A DNA stretch of 64,000 bases, from NCBI GenBank assembly GCA_964016885.1, contig OZ024740.1, positions 332,010,001 through 332,074,000 of the forward strand. Direction: 5' to 3'. The translations under genes were made by a program, and so were the position numbers. Source of the DNA: Eledone cirrhosa. Taxonomy: Eukaryota. The notes under the pieces were generated by a model. It was not told the DNA's origin and ran no database searches. It was given only the letters and a program-made list of their open reading frames with translations. Each line of letters opens with the position of its first letter. Within the stretch, counting starts at the first letter, position 1. This document shows, piece by piece, positions 42,701-55,906 of this stretch.

Positions 42701-44491
42701 ATTCCATTTATCGTTTTCGGTGCGCCCGGCCGACTGAACTCACTCGATATGCAAAGTAGGCGGCTCAGCCGTTAATATGTACAAGGAAAGTATATACTTA
42801 CAGACGTTCAACCATCGGACAGGAAGGTATAAGATGCTGACGATAGCTAATAAGCTTGAATCTAGTACATCGTTCCTGTGTCAGTGTTGAACAAAAAGGT
42901 GACGTGGTTGCCTAAACACTGTACGGCGTAATGTGGGCTGTTGATTTATTTACAAACAAACCAACCGAACATTATAATAAATGTTCGGTAAATGGATACG
43001 TGCATATATATGTGTGTGCATGTATATATACATACTACTGTACGTCTGTATACATACATACTTACATTTAAGTAAATGCTATACTAGGAGTGAGAAATGA
43101 AATTTCGTTTCATTCTATTCCATTTATCGTTTTCGGTGCACCCGGCCGACTGAACTCACTCGATATGCAAATTAGGCTGCTGAGACGTTAATATGCATAA
43201 GGAAAGAATATACTTTCAGACGTTCAAACATCTTGCAGTAAGGTATACCATGCTGACGATAGCTAATAAGCTTGAATCTAGTACATCGTTCCTGTGTCAG
43301 TGTAGTATAAAAAGGTGACGTGTTTGCCTAAACACTGTATGGTGTAATTCGGGGTGTTTGTTCGTTTACAAACAAACAAACTGAGCATTATAATAAATGT
43401 TCGGTAAAACGATACGTGCATATATATGAGTGTGCGTGTATGTATATATATACATACTACTGTACGTCTGTATACATATATCTATGTACGTATACATACA
43501 TACTTACATTTCAATAAGTGCCGTACCAAGAGTGAGAAATGAAATTTTGTTTCGTTCTATACCATTTATCGTTTTCGGTGCGCCCGGCCGACTGAACTCA
43601 CTCGATATGCAAAGTAGGCGGCTCAGCCGTTAATATGTACCAGGAAAGTATATACTTACAGACGTTCAACCATCTAACAGGAAGGTATACGATGCTGACG
43701 ATAGCTAATAAGCTTGAAACTAGTACATCGTTCCTGTGTCAGTGTAGAACAATAAGGTGAGTTGTTTGCCTAAACACTGTACGGCGTAATTCGGGCTGTT
43801 GGTTTGTTTACAAACAAACAAACTGAGTATTATAATAAATGTTCGGTAAACCGATACGTGCATATATATATGTGTCCATGTATGTATATATATACATACT
43901 ACTGTACGTATGTATACATATATATATGTACGTATACATACATACTTACATTTAAGTAAGTGTCGTACTAAGAGTGAGAAATGAAATTTCGTTTCATTCT
44001 ATTCCATTTATCGTTTTCGGTGCGCCCGGCCGACTGAACTCACATGATATGCAAATTAGGCTGGTCAGCCGTTAATATGCATAAGGAAAGTATATACTTT
44101 CAGACGTTCATGCATCTGCAGGAAGGTATACGATGCTAACGATAGTTAATAAGCTTTAAACTAGTAGATCCTTCCTGCGTCAGTGTTGAACAAAAAGGTG
44201 ACGCGGTTGCCTAAACACTGTACGGCGCAATTCGGTCTGTTTGTTTGTTTACAAACAAACAAACTGAGCATTATAATAAATGTTCGGTAAAACGATACGT
44301 GCATATATATATATATGTGTGCATGTATGTATATATATACATACTAGTTTACGTTTGTATACATATATGTATGTGCGTATATATACATACATACATACTT
44401 ATATTATATAAGTGCCGTAGTAAGAGTGAGAAATGAACTTTCGTTTCATTCCATTCCATGTATCGTTTTCGGTGAGCCCGGCCGACTGAAC

Positions 44492-44496
<5 letters not shown>
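33243..44496 (+). repeat. Tandem array of 25 units of ~443 bp, each with a type I hammerhead motif (retrozyme-like satellite)
   Basis: Cores start at 33511, 33991, 34441, 34875, 35316, 35764, 36203, 36648, 37088, 37528, 37968, 38410, 38856, 39301, 39741, 40181, 40622, 41064, 41509, 41951, 42395, 42837, 43253, 43695 and 44136 (the last is degenerate, CTAACGA). Confidence 0.92.
43662..43750 (+). ncRNA. Representative intact hammerhead of the array (unit 24)
   Basis: ACAGGAA-(GGTATA)-CGATG-CTGACGA-TAGC(TAATAA)GCTT-GAAA-C(TA)G-TA^CATCG-TTCCTGT. Predicted cleavage after 43725. Confidence 0.85.
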
Positions 44497-44548
<52 letters not shown>

Positions 44549-44660
44549 ATAAGAGGAATTCCAACTTTGTCTCATTTACTCGATTTATTTACAAATTTTA
44601 ACATTTTTAATGGTATTATAATGTAATAGTATGATAGAATATTAAATGTTAAGTGTTAAT

Positions 44661-44699
44661 TGAACAAGTACTTTCATGCTTTCGCAATCTTCAGGTTCA
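44661..44699 (-). ncRNA. Minimal type I hammerhead
   Basis: TGAAC-CTGAAGA-TTGC(GAAA)GCAT-GAAA-G(TA)C-TT-GTTCA. Confidence 0.75.
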
Positions 44700-44775
44700 T
44701 AATGTGTGGTGACAGTCAAGTTTGCAATTGTCAACTGTCATTGAAATTTGCAAATTTGACTGTCACCACACATTA

Positions 44776-44814
44776 TGAACCTGAAGATTGTGAAAGCATG
44801 AAAGTACTTGTTAA
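44776..44814 (+). ncRNA. Minimal type I hammerhead (partner arm)
   Basis: TGAAC-CTGAAGA-TTGT(GAAA)GCAT-GAAA-G(TA)C-TT-GTTAA. Confidence 0.7.
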
Positions 44815-45000
44815 ATTAACACTTAACATTTAATATTCTATCATACCATTTCATTATAATACCATTATAAATTTTAAAGGATTGTAAATAAAACGAGTAA
44901 ATCAGACAAAGTTGGAATTCATCTTATTAATATAATCTTCTATACACAATCATACACACCTGTGTATATTTAACTATCTATCTCTCTCTCTCTCTATATA

Positions 45001-45125
<125 letters not shown>

Positions 45126-47325
45126 TCATGGGGGGGGGGACACACACACATACACCCGAAAGGCGAAAACAGAAGGAGAACAATATTCAGGGAAACGAGA
45201 AAATATTTGAGTTAGACGAATTTAGAAAAAAAGGATGTCTTATGGCATTTAATAACACGAACGATCTCTGGGTAGTCGTTGATCACAACCTAATGGAGTA
45301 TCCACATAAACTACAAGATTGACACGATGTGAGTCTGTATTCCTGGATCCTGAAATCATTTCGTCCAAGTGGTCCTGGTAACATTATACTGCTCGTTTTT
45401 TACACTTGTTAGGTCGTGTCTTGAATGTAAAACAAAGTATTATGAAAATGAAAACCGCTCAGAGTCAATACAAAAATATGTATATAAAGCAAATGGTATG
45501 ACAGGCTTCGATTACTAGCATTGGTTTGAAAAGCTCAATCACCATTATCTCTAACGCTGTCGTTATCGCTACATCATTTTTATGACGTGGAAAATATTTC
45601 TTCAATACTGATGAAATGATGTCCTCAACGTTAAAACACAGCACAATTTGGTCTCTATGCCATTCACCCGCCTACAAAAATCGAGATTGCATCATATAAT
45701 ATTATTATGATAGAACTATTTCACCTTAACAAACCCTTTCATTTTTATTATCATCTTTCATTTAGTTGATCTGCGTTCCCAATAAATGATACCCATAAAA
45801 TGTCCCGGCGCTATTTTTCAGACTTCGAATTTCAAAGGCTAAGCGCTACGCTCTCATCTGTTTGATTAATGTATAACATGTTGCTGTGTTCCCATTCACA
45901 ATGAACTCGAGGCTATGCATTATCGCACCACATAGACATAGACATATAGTGTTTGTGTTAGAGATAACGGCAATTCGTCACTATGTGCAGTGATGTCAAA
46001 CATCGTATTGTCGCCACCACTCTATTGCAATTAGAGTTGCTAAGCTATTTTTATTCGCAAAGTTTCATGTGTGGAGATAAGTATTTGTCCAGCGAGCCCA
46101 CCACAAATATGTTTTCCATTGATGGGCTATAGTATTAGATCACGCAGGAGGGAAGATCATAGGCCTTGCATCAGATACAATAGAAACTGTAGTTTCGATC
46201 CAGTCCACTAACCTGTAGGGAAAAGTTATCTTCCATATAGAATTCTACTTTAAAAAATGCATTTATTAAATAAATATTTCATATTTAGGTTTTCTGTTTA
46301 TTCTCGGGGCCTAGATGCTGTTTGGATAATAAATAGTCTATTGTACTGCACTTTACGCCATCTGTTATGTGATGACTTTAAAATTCAACCAGTTTTGACA
46401 TTATTTAATTGTGTTTTGTTAGTTTGGTAGAATGTCTTTACTTATTCATTGCCGGTCCCACCAGGGTAAACTTTGTGGCATATTATTCTGGGCATGATAA
46501 AATAAAATACCTGATACTTTTAGAGATTTATATAAACGACCCAAAATGCATGTACTTATATCTATGTTAGGAAAACGTTATATCTATCCATTAGAAAAGG
46601 ACAATAAATGAAGTATTACTATTGTTATTATTATCTTTATAATTATTGCTAGATACTGTGGACGAAATAATTTGCCGTATTTAGTTACGTTCCTATAATT
46701 TCTAAGTTCATATTTTCACAGGGTGATGTACATTGTATCTTTCCCAGGTGGCGAAATAGCTACTAACATGTAATTGCATAAATATAATCAAGAATTGTCT
46801 ACCTACTTACGAAAAATATATTTTCAGACTTATTCGTAAATATATTCGCATTATTACAGTCATTATAAAGTACCAGTAACGTACTAGTTAATTGCTGGCC
46901 GTGTGTCAAAAGTAGAAATGTGAATTAGATCTATTTATGTTCTCAGTTCAGATACCACAAAATATGTTTCATCAGTCGAGATTCGTTAGATTAGCAGATA
47001 ATAATTGAGATCATTCGTTGTAATCGACTGTATTATACACGATAGTATTATTCCATTTTAGACATCAGAAATCTACGATATTCCTTTTAGCGAGATTGCA
47101 TAAAATAATATTAGAATATTTAAACAGCTTAACAATAGATTGAATGTTTTATTAAGTTACGTCACTGAAAAGTAATTGTTTAAAAGAAGAAGAAAAAACA
47201 AAGGAAGTAAACACTTGTGTTCGTTATCAAAATGTTTTATTGTGTATAAACTCAACAGATCAGTAACGTGCTCAAAATATACAAGTGACATTTGTTGTAG
47301 ATGCACTCACCTTTCACATTATGTA

Positions 47326-47366
<41 letters not shown>

Positions 47367-47432
47367 ATGTGTAAATGTATATGTATATATATATATAGTT
47401 TTTTTTAATATATATATATGTATACATATATA

Positions 47433-47481
<49 letters not shown>

Positions 47482-47484
47482 AAT

Positions 47485-47552
<68 letters not shown>

Positions 47553-48029
47553 TGTATATATGCATATATTTATGTATTACATGTTATCCAATCAGTTTTT
47601 CCCAATACAATTAGGTTACAGTAGATTTAATGAATCAATCAATAGTTCAAAGTTGTTCAATGATTGACAGGTCGTTCAGCGGAGATATTTGTGTGAGGGC
47701 CGGAACAATACCCACAGGTAACAACGGCACTCATTAATGCAAAAGTAAAGCAAATCCTTTAGAGAAATAAATATGAATCGGTTGCTAATAAATTAATAGA
47801 AGCACTTTAAGCAAAAATGTTAGAATAAAACAATAATTCATAATCATAAGAATTGTGATCGCAAGAGAACAGGAAATCAGCACCGTTAGTAATATCCATC
47901 GATCTCAGCACCTGTATCAAGATCAGTATCATCAAAATTACCACCATCATCATCGAACTGTTCATCATCAGCATCAGTAATTATATATATATATATATGT
48001 CTGAGTGTGTGTGTCTGTGTGTGTCTGTG

Positions 48030-48092
<63 letters not shown>

Positions 48093-48599
48093 GATAATAA
48101 TAATAATATCATTTTCTAATTCTATAATATCATTTTATAATCATTTTGTAATTATTGTTATCATCATTATAATAATAATAATAATGGTAATAAAATTATT
48201 ATAAGTAACGTTTGTTGTTGGTATTGTTGTATTTCCATCGTCATGAATGTCATATTATAAACAATAGTGAGGATAACAATAACATCATATATTATTCCAA
48301 TAAAAATTAAGATAAGACTAAATACAAAAACATTAAATACAACCTTAAAAATAATGACATTTGTTATATGTTTTAAATTGCATTAAACGAATGATTGATA
48401 GTGTATCATTTAGATATTATGTTACTGAGGAAGAAACAAATATACATTTGAACATAAATAAACAACACACAAGAAAATAGATACACATATGTATATATAT
48501 ATAATTGTGTCTGCGAGTGTATGCAACAGTGTGCATTCAGATACTAGCACAATAATACACACACAGGCATACACCCATACTGACACACACACACGCACG

Positions 48600-48671
<72 letters not shown>

Positions 48672-49015
48672 CACAAGCATCAATGCCTGACATATTTGTG
48701 ATTTCTATAGTTCTTTTTATTAGAGTTTTTCTTGCTCTGAAACAAATATGCAAAGTTTATAATTCTTCCGATGATAATGCAGCGCGTATAAAGATGGAAA
48801 TTCTAATCGTACGTCCCTGTGAAGATATTTATCACTGGGGTCACCATAAATGTTAGCTTGAATCAATGCATCGGAAATGGATTAATGTTAATTACGATTG
48901 CGCGTTATATATATGAGAAATCTCTCCGGTATCAATTATACACACACACGTTTCTTTCACTACCTCACACACGCACGCTCACACACGCACTACCTCTCAC
49001 TGTGTATATATATAT

Positions 49016-49056
<41 letters not shown>

Positions 49057-51177
49057 CTGATAATCGTGTCCTTTTATATAAATAGCATGTTTATGTTACT
49101 CTATTTCAGCCGAAATTGATTGTCAGTATAAAACGGGAAGACTTAATATGGGATATGCCATCGGAATAGTTTGAACAATAAATGACAATTGTATATCCTC
49201 ATGCATTTATATACGCATACGGAATATTTCCCAACATTGTCTGTTTTTCATGTTCCATGTGGAAAAGCAAATAGGCGTAAACATTATGCGTTATCATTCG
49301 AAATTGTGATTTCATTCTTGCATTACTTCTTAAATCCGACCACCTGTCAGATACCCAAAGGCGTATTTGAAAATGTAATTTGCAACAAGAAAATCTTACT
49401 TGTTTACCAATCACTCTGTTTCTTCTTTCATTCATCAGCCTTATAACACATAGCAGGTGCCTGAAAGAATATTTACGGTACAATAAGCTTTAGATCATTT
49501 CACCAAGATCAGAGAGCGCATATGTTGCTTGGCGATTTACCTCCATTTGCAACTAGCTATCTAAAAAAAAAAGGTAAACATTCCGAAAAAAATACCCTTA
49601 ATCTATTCTCTTCGACTAATTGAATTGTTGCGTATTGACTAAAGCGAAATCTAACAAAAGTGAAATGAGCAGCGCATAAAAATTGTACCGCAATTCTGAA
49701 ACAAATGATTCTACAAGAATGGATTTTCTTTTGCATCGGTTGTTCTGCCAAGTTATTTTTTGTAAGAGCCTTTGTTTGCAAGCTTACTGATGAGGATTCC
49801 ACTTCTCTGAAGAAGTAAACGACAATATATATTTAAACCTTTTTGCATGTGTACATCTTGAAACGAATAACTCTTGAACCCAATCCGACGAATATTCACA
49901 TATATATTGACTATAGTTTTATAGTGAAGCATCTATATACAGTTTATGTATAAATACTTTAAAATAAGCTTATACTTATGAATTTTATGACAACAAATAG
50001 ACAAAAGTAGTAAATGTATAATTCCATTCGAAGTGTTGTAAATATTCGGTTTATATAAAAGGAAAGATATATTTCTCAGAACGCTTATGTGGAGTTGATT
50101 TTCTAATATATCATAAGAATTCGAGGACATAAAGTAGCAAATTTATACTAACAAGAAAGTGTTACTTAATTAAAATACGGGTATTCATTTATTTGTGTTT
50201 GTGTGTGAATGTTTGGATGTCTAGTTAAATTAAATTGTGATTGGAAAGATTTACAGAGTCATATGGAAGAAAACAACGCAATGAAAAAAACGTGAATGTA
50301 CATATATATACATTTCGTAACAAAAATCACATTTGGTATTGCTAAACATTTTTAGTATATTACAATATAATCGGTGGAAATTATGTAAATATATCTAGTA
50401 CAAAACAAATAAAACTTCAAAATATAAGAAACATATCATAAGCGCCGAAGCTATTGACAGCATTTAAGTAGATATTATTGCAATAAAAAATGTATTATTT
50501 AGTTATTATTACTACATAGGCATGAGATATCTAGAACTATGATAGGAAATTATATTTTCAAATTATTAAATTCGCTTTGGAATTGTTTACCGTTATTGAT
50601 ATTTCGAATGGCATTATCTTTTTACAAATGTATTGCATAGGTATGGAGATGTGTGAGTGTGTGTATATATATATACATTTACATATATATATACACACAT
50701 AAACACTTATGTATATGTGTGTGTGTGTACGAACATAGGTAAACGAACTTCAGAGTTACACTTTATTTAATAACATAACAATACACTACCGAAAATCTTA
50801 GTGAATGAAAATAAAACACTCGAGGGTATAATAACAATAAATACCATATAGATAACGTTAAATTTGAAAAATAAATTCCTAACGAAAAAAAATCCTAAAA
50901 AATAGCAAATAGAGAGAACTACGAAATAGTTGTTTAGGCTTTAAATAAAAATATTTCTTTTGTTTGTATCCATGATACTTTATCATGAGTCGAAAATAAT
51001 ATTTCGCAACACCTGCTGTTTTCCGAAAATGAAAGAAAGGATATTTGCATCAATAAAAATTATAAGTACACTTTTCTTTGAAGATGAAATAGAATCTTTG
51101 ATATTTCTCAAACAGAAAAACACATTGTACTTATATCTATACATATATATATATAAATGTGTATATATAAATATATG

Positions 51178-51268
<91 letters not shown>

Positions 51269-52395
51269 TTAGCTGGATATATAACTATATAAATGTAGTT
51301 ATATTTATAGATCCTTTGGAAATTGTTAATTGCATGCAAAAGTAATTCTTTCTTTCTCAGGTTGCTAAACAATGTTAATAAAATAGCGAAACATTACATG
51401 TATAATACTTAAAGTGAAAGTTTTAAGGGGCTGTCAAGTTCAATTTAATGTACTTATGATGACAACCATGATTCCTATCGTAAAAGGAAAGCTGTTGTTT
51501 ATAAAACTAGCTATTATGAAACCTTAATTGTTCACGTTTGAAACATATCTACATAATAAACGAATCACTTTTTCTTAGAGGCATGTTATGAATTTTATTT
51601 AAAAAAACCCATTTGCAATGCATTGATTCAGGTGACAATTGAATATCATGTTTTAACTAACGACTGTGTCCTCCACTAAAGTTATAAATTTAAAGAACAT
51701 TCTAGGAAGACATCACTAGAAAATTAACATGCCTCTTTCCTCGAACTGACAATATATATACATATTCATATGTATATTGAGTGGCAGCTGTACGAAGACC
51801 ATGAAAACAAAAAATCAGAGTAGTACCCGATGCATGGTGCGATGCATATTTGCTTTGTTGTTTTACACTCGTCACAATTGTAAAGAACGTAGATGTTTGT
51901 ATAGTCATGTAATTTTAGGAATTCGTCACACCGAATGCCTGATACAGTATTGCGATATTACATTATTTTGTGATGATGATGATGATGGTGATGATGGTAA
52001 TAATATATTATTAACATAATTAATAATGATAATAATAATAATAATAAGTTATCTGAACAGTAAAATGACAAAATGTTCGGGAAAGGAATTTCGTGCCTGG
52101 AAACAGAAAAGCAATTAAACGAGTATCAATGAAGTGTAAGAAATTAGATAAACAAACACCTCCATCATTATGACATTCGGAGGAAAATATTTTGGCCGCT
52201 CTCCACTATGTTCTGTCCAACTTACAAGGGAAACGCACACACTTGTAACGTATCTCATCAAATATGATTATGTATGTATATGTAATCAATTACTCGTGAA
52301 TATATATATACAAGCATACGTACGAACATACATATAATATAAATACATACGTACATGTATATGTATATTTATACATGTAAATGTATATGTATATT

Positions 52396-52450
<55 letters not shown>

Positions 52451-52490
52451 TGATTAATAGCTTGAATAGCTTCCACACTCACACAATATA

Positions 52491-52565
<75 letters not shown>

Positions 52566-53032
52566 CGAGAATGTATAGATAATTAAATATGCAAAAAAAA
52601 ACCTAGAAACATATACACACTGCAACAAGCTGGGACATGTTGAGCTTAAACACAATTGCGTTATCCAAAAAAAACAAACAAAAAAACTAGAAAGTAATAG
52701 CAAAACGTCCATCTGCATGAAATAGTTTAGACTATGGATAAAACAACAAAAAACTAACATTCATAAATTAGTGAATAATCAAACAATAATAATACTCATT
52801 TGCAAACAAGAGCATCTATCTTCCAAAACAATCAACATTGGATTTTCGTCTTGTTTAAATATCGTTGGTTCATCAAATAATAATCCTCGTGAGAGTGAAA
52901 GAAATATTAACAATGGCAAGTTTGCCATTAAACCGTTGAGGATTTCTCACACACGCATACATATATGTGAAAGCATTAATACATGAATCGACATTGCACA
53001 GGAAAAAAAGCTGATCTTCAATTCTTCATTCA

Positions 53033-53105
<73 letters not shown>

Positions 53106-53108
53106 AAC

Positions 53109-53150
<42 letters not shown>

Positions 53151-54228
53151 GTGTATATATATATATATATATATATATATGCATATGCATATATACGTGG
53201 TAATAATTTGTCAGAGACATTGTTATTGAATAATATCCCGGGACCTGATACCTTCCGCCATTGACTGTATCGTCTGTTGAGTCTTTTTCACCGTTATTAT
53301 ATTTGATCACCACATTTTTTACCAACATCGCGGTTAATTAGCATCACATGATTTTATCAGAATGATGTCAGTTCACTTGTGCCAATTTGTATTTGTGTGT
53401 GTATGAATGTATATGTGTGTTGTTTTCCTTTGTCCTTTTTTTTCTCTTTTACATTATTTTCATTGCCACTCTTTTTAAAATTTTACTGTTATATTTGCTA
53501 AGCAACAATCCATATTTGCATATTTTTCACCATTTATAAATGTCTGTGCAGGGTGATGTTGCCAGCAGAGTTTCTGTGTAAAAGTCTCTTAACAACCAGA
53601 ACAAAGATAATAGAAAAATGCATGAAAGTTAGTGAAGAAATAGTAAGTGGCGAAATTCCAACAATACTTTACTCGATTTGATAATCCAGAATATTTCAGT
53701 AATACTGTTGTTTGTTTTTTTTCCTATGAAAAGAACGTGTTTATGTCATTTCCGCTTGGTGTTTACCTCGAAGAGGATATTTTATCTTCCCAATAAAAAT
53801 CCTTTGTATAACAGTAGTACATTATTTATCCAAAATACTTCATCCAAAAAGTCAGTTTTGAACATAATGTCAGTTTTATCAATAATATATTTGTCCGTCA
53901 GATACACTAATCATTCAGTCAAAACCTTTCATTCCTACCCTGTCTCTCTCCTTCTTTTTCTCTCTCTCTCACACAACCACGCAATCTCTGTGTATCTCTC
54001 TTTCTCACACTCCCTCTTTCTCTGTGCGATAAGGAAAATTTTGCACTTTATAACGATGGGAATTTCAAATTGAAAACATGAACTCGCCATATTTTTCCAT
54101 TTTCTAATGTACTTCGTTTTCGATGTGAAAAGGATTTGGATCGTGTTTCCAAATTAATGTCTGCATGTTTATTTTGTGTATATGTATATATATACATACT
54201 CACACACATACACACACACACACTCGTA

Positions 54229-54262
<34 letters not shown>

Positions 54263-54369
54263 AACATTTTGTCACACATTTATATTTCAATTGTGTTTTC
54301 AGTTTACTATATATAAATCATACTTTTGTAGAGCTAACGAAACGGAAAAGTCTTCATCGCCGAATATAT

Positions 54370-54441
<72 letters not shown>

Positions 54442-55393
54442 TGTTTATTAGTCACATTTGTGTTAATTATTTCATTATTATCCTCCTTGCCGTCGTTTAA
54501 CAGAATTATACCAATACTTGTTTGTTGTTTGCAGTTTTCAGCAATTATTGTATAATAAATGGTTTACTAAGCAAAAATGCAGTTGTCGCCATCTGCAAAT
54601 ATTCTCTATATAAAATATATGAAGATTATATTCCTAATGTTGTGAATGGAAAAGAATGATAAACACGATTCTGTTATGGAAACTCATTTCATCTGATTGA
54701 ATAGACCATAATGAATGGTATGTATGTTTTTAAGAAATTTATGAAATGAAAGTTTATATTGCTAAATCAATATATTATGAATATTTACAATTCAATAGCT
54801 GACATGTATGTATAAACCTGTGAGCCTATTGTTAGTTTCTTTTTTTTTTTACATTAATTGCCGCTCTATCTAAACACAGCGAAACCAACAAATAGGTTAT
54901 GTAAACTACTCATACGCAAATGTAAAACATGATATAAATTATTTATATATTGTATATTGACGTAGATCTTGCAAATAGTAATCAAACTAACATGCTGATG
55001 AACCAAATGGTTGTGGAAATGAAATCATTTTTACCTACATAATCATTTTTCAGAGATGCTTGTTCATATGTCTATTTTATAAGAATAGATAATCCTTCTA
55101 TAACCTCTAGATATCCTTTTTTAACAACTTAAATACATTTACTTACCTATGTACCCTTATATATGTATATATTAACATTTAGCATATTAACGATGAACTA
55201 GCATGAAATATCAGGAATGATTTCAAAATCAAAGCCTCGTTGATACGGGAATTGCAGAACTGTTTCAGTGTTTGGCGGAGCTCAATCCCTGCGCACAATC
55301 ATACAGAAAGCTTCAACGTTAAAACAATTGCAGAAAAAAGTAGTTAAATGGATCAGATCTACACATCTTTCTATATATCTCTCTAAATATGCA

Positions 55394-55427
<34 letters not shown>

Positions 55428-55429
55428 TG

Positions 55430-55498
<69 letters not shown>

Positions 55499-55502
<4 letters not shown>

Positions 55503-55688
55503 GTTTCTACTATTGGCACAAGGCCAGAAAATTACCCAGTACATTACTGGTACTTTATTTTATCGACCCCGTAAGGATGAAAGGCAAAGTTAACCTCGGC
55601 GGGATTTGAACTCAGAATGGCAAGGGCCGTAACTCTATGCGTCAAAGCATGGCGTCCGAACCTCTACCGATACTGCCAATCCACCGCC
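55499..55688 (-). mobile_element. tRNA-derived SINE (near-consensus, full length)
   Basis: Complete GGCGGTGGATTGGCAG to AGAAACAATT on the minus strand. Confidence 0.9.
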
Positions 55689-55799
55689 ATTATATATATA
55701 TATATAATGTACATCATACTTTGTTTTTCCTATTACTACAATAACCACTTTAACAGCGAAGTGATATTCTAACCAGCAATATATTATTTCATCTAAATA

Positions 55800-55906
55800 T
55801 AATTGTTTCTACATTTGGCACAAGGCCAGCAATTATCCAGTACATTACTGGTACTTTATTTTATCGACCCCGTAAGGATGAAAGGCAAAGTTAACCTCGG
55901 CGGGAT
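55800..55906 (-). mobile_element. 5'-truncated SINE
   Basis: 3' half of the consensus only. Confidence 0.85.

Larger units (their letters stand above)
44543..44934. mobile_element. ~390-bp fold-back element with one hammerhead per arm
   Basis: About 190-bp inverted arms centred near 44738. Confidence 0.85.

Noticed and set aside
33243-44496. CRISPR-like or coding interpretation of the array
   Set aside because: No unique spacers, whole units repeat, no cas genes, and the short ORFs are not conserved in frame between units.
49785-49820. CTGATGAGGA.. hammerhead-like start
   Set aside because: No GAAA after a helix II and no helix I.
54996-55035. CTGATGA-ACCA/TGGT..GAAA motif
   Set aside because: Four extra bases before GAAA and no helix I; likely chance.
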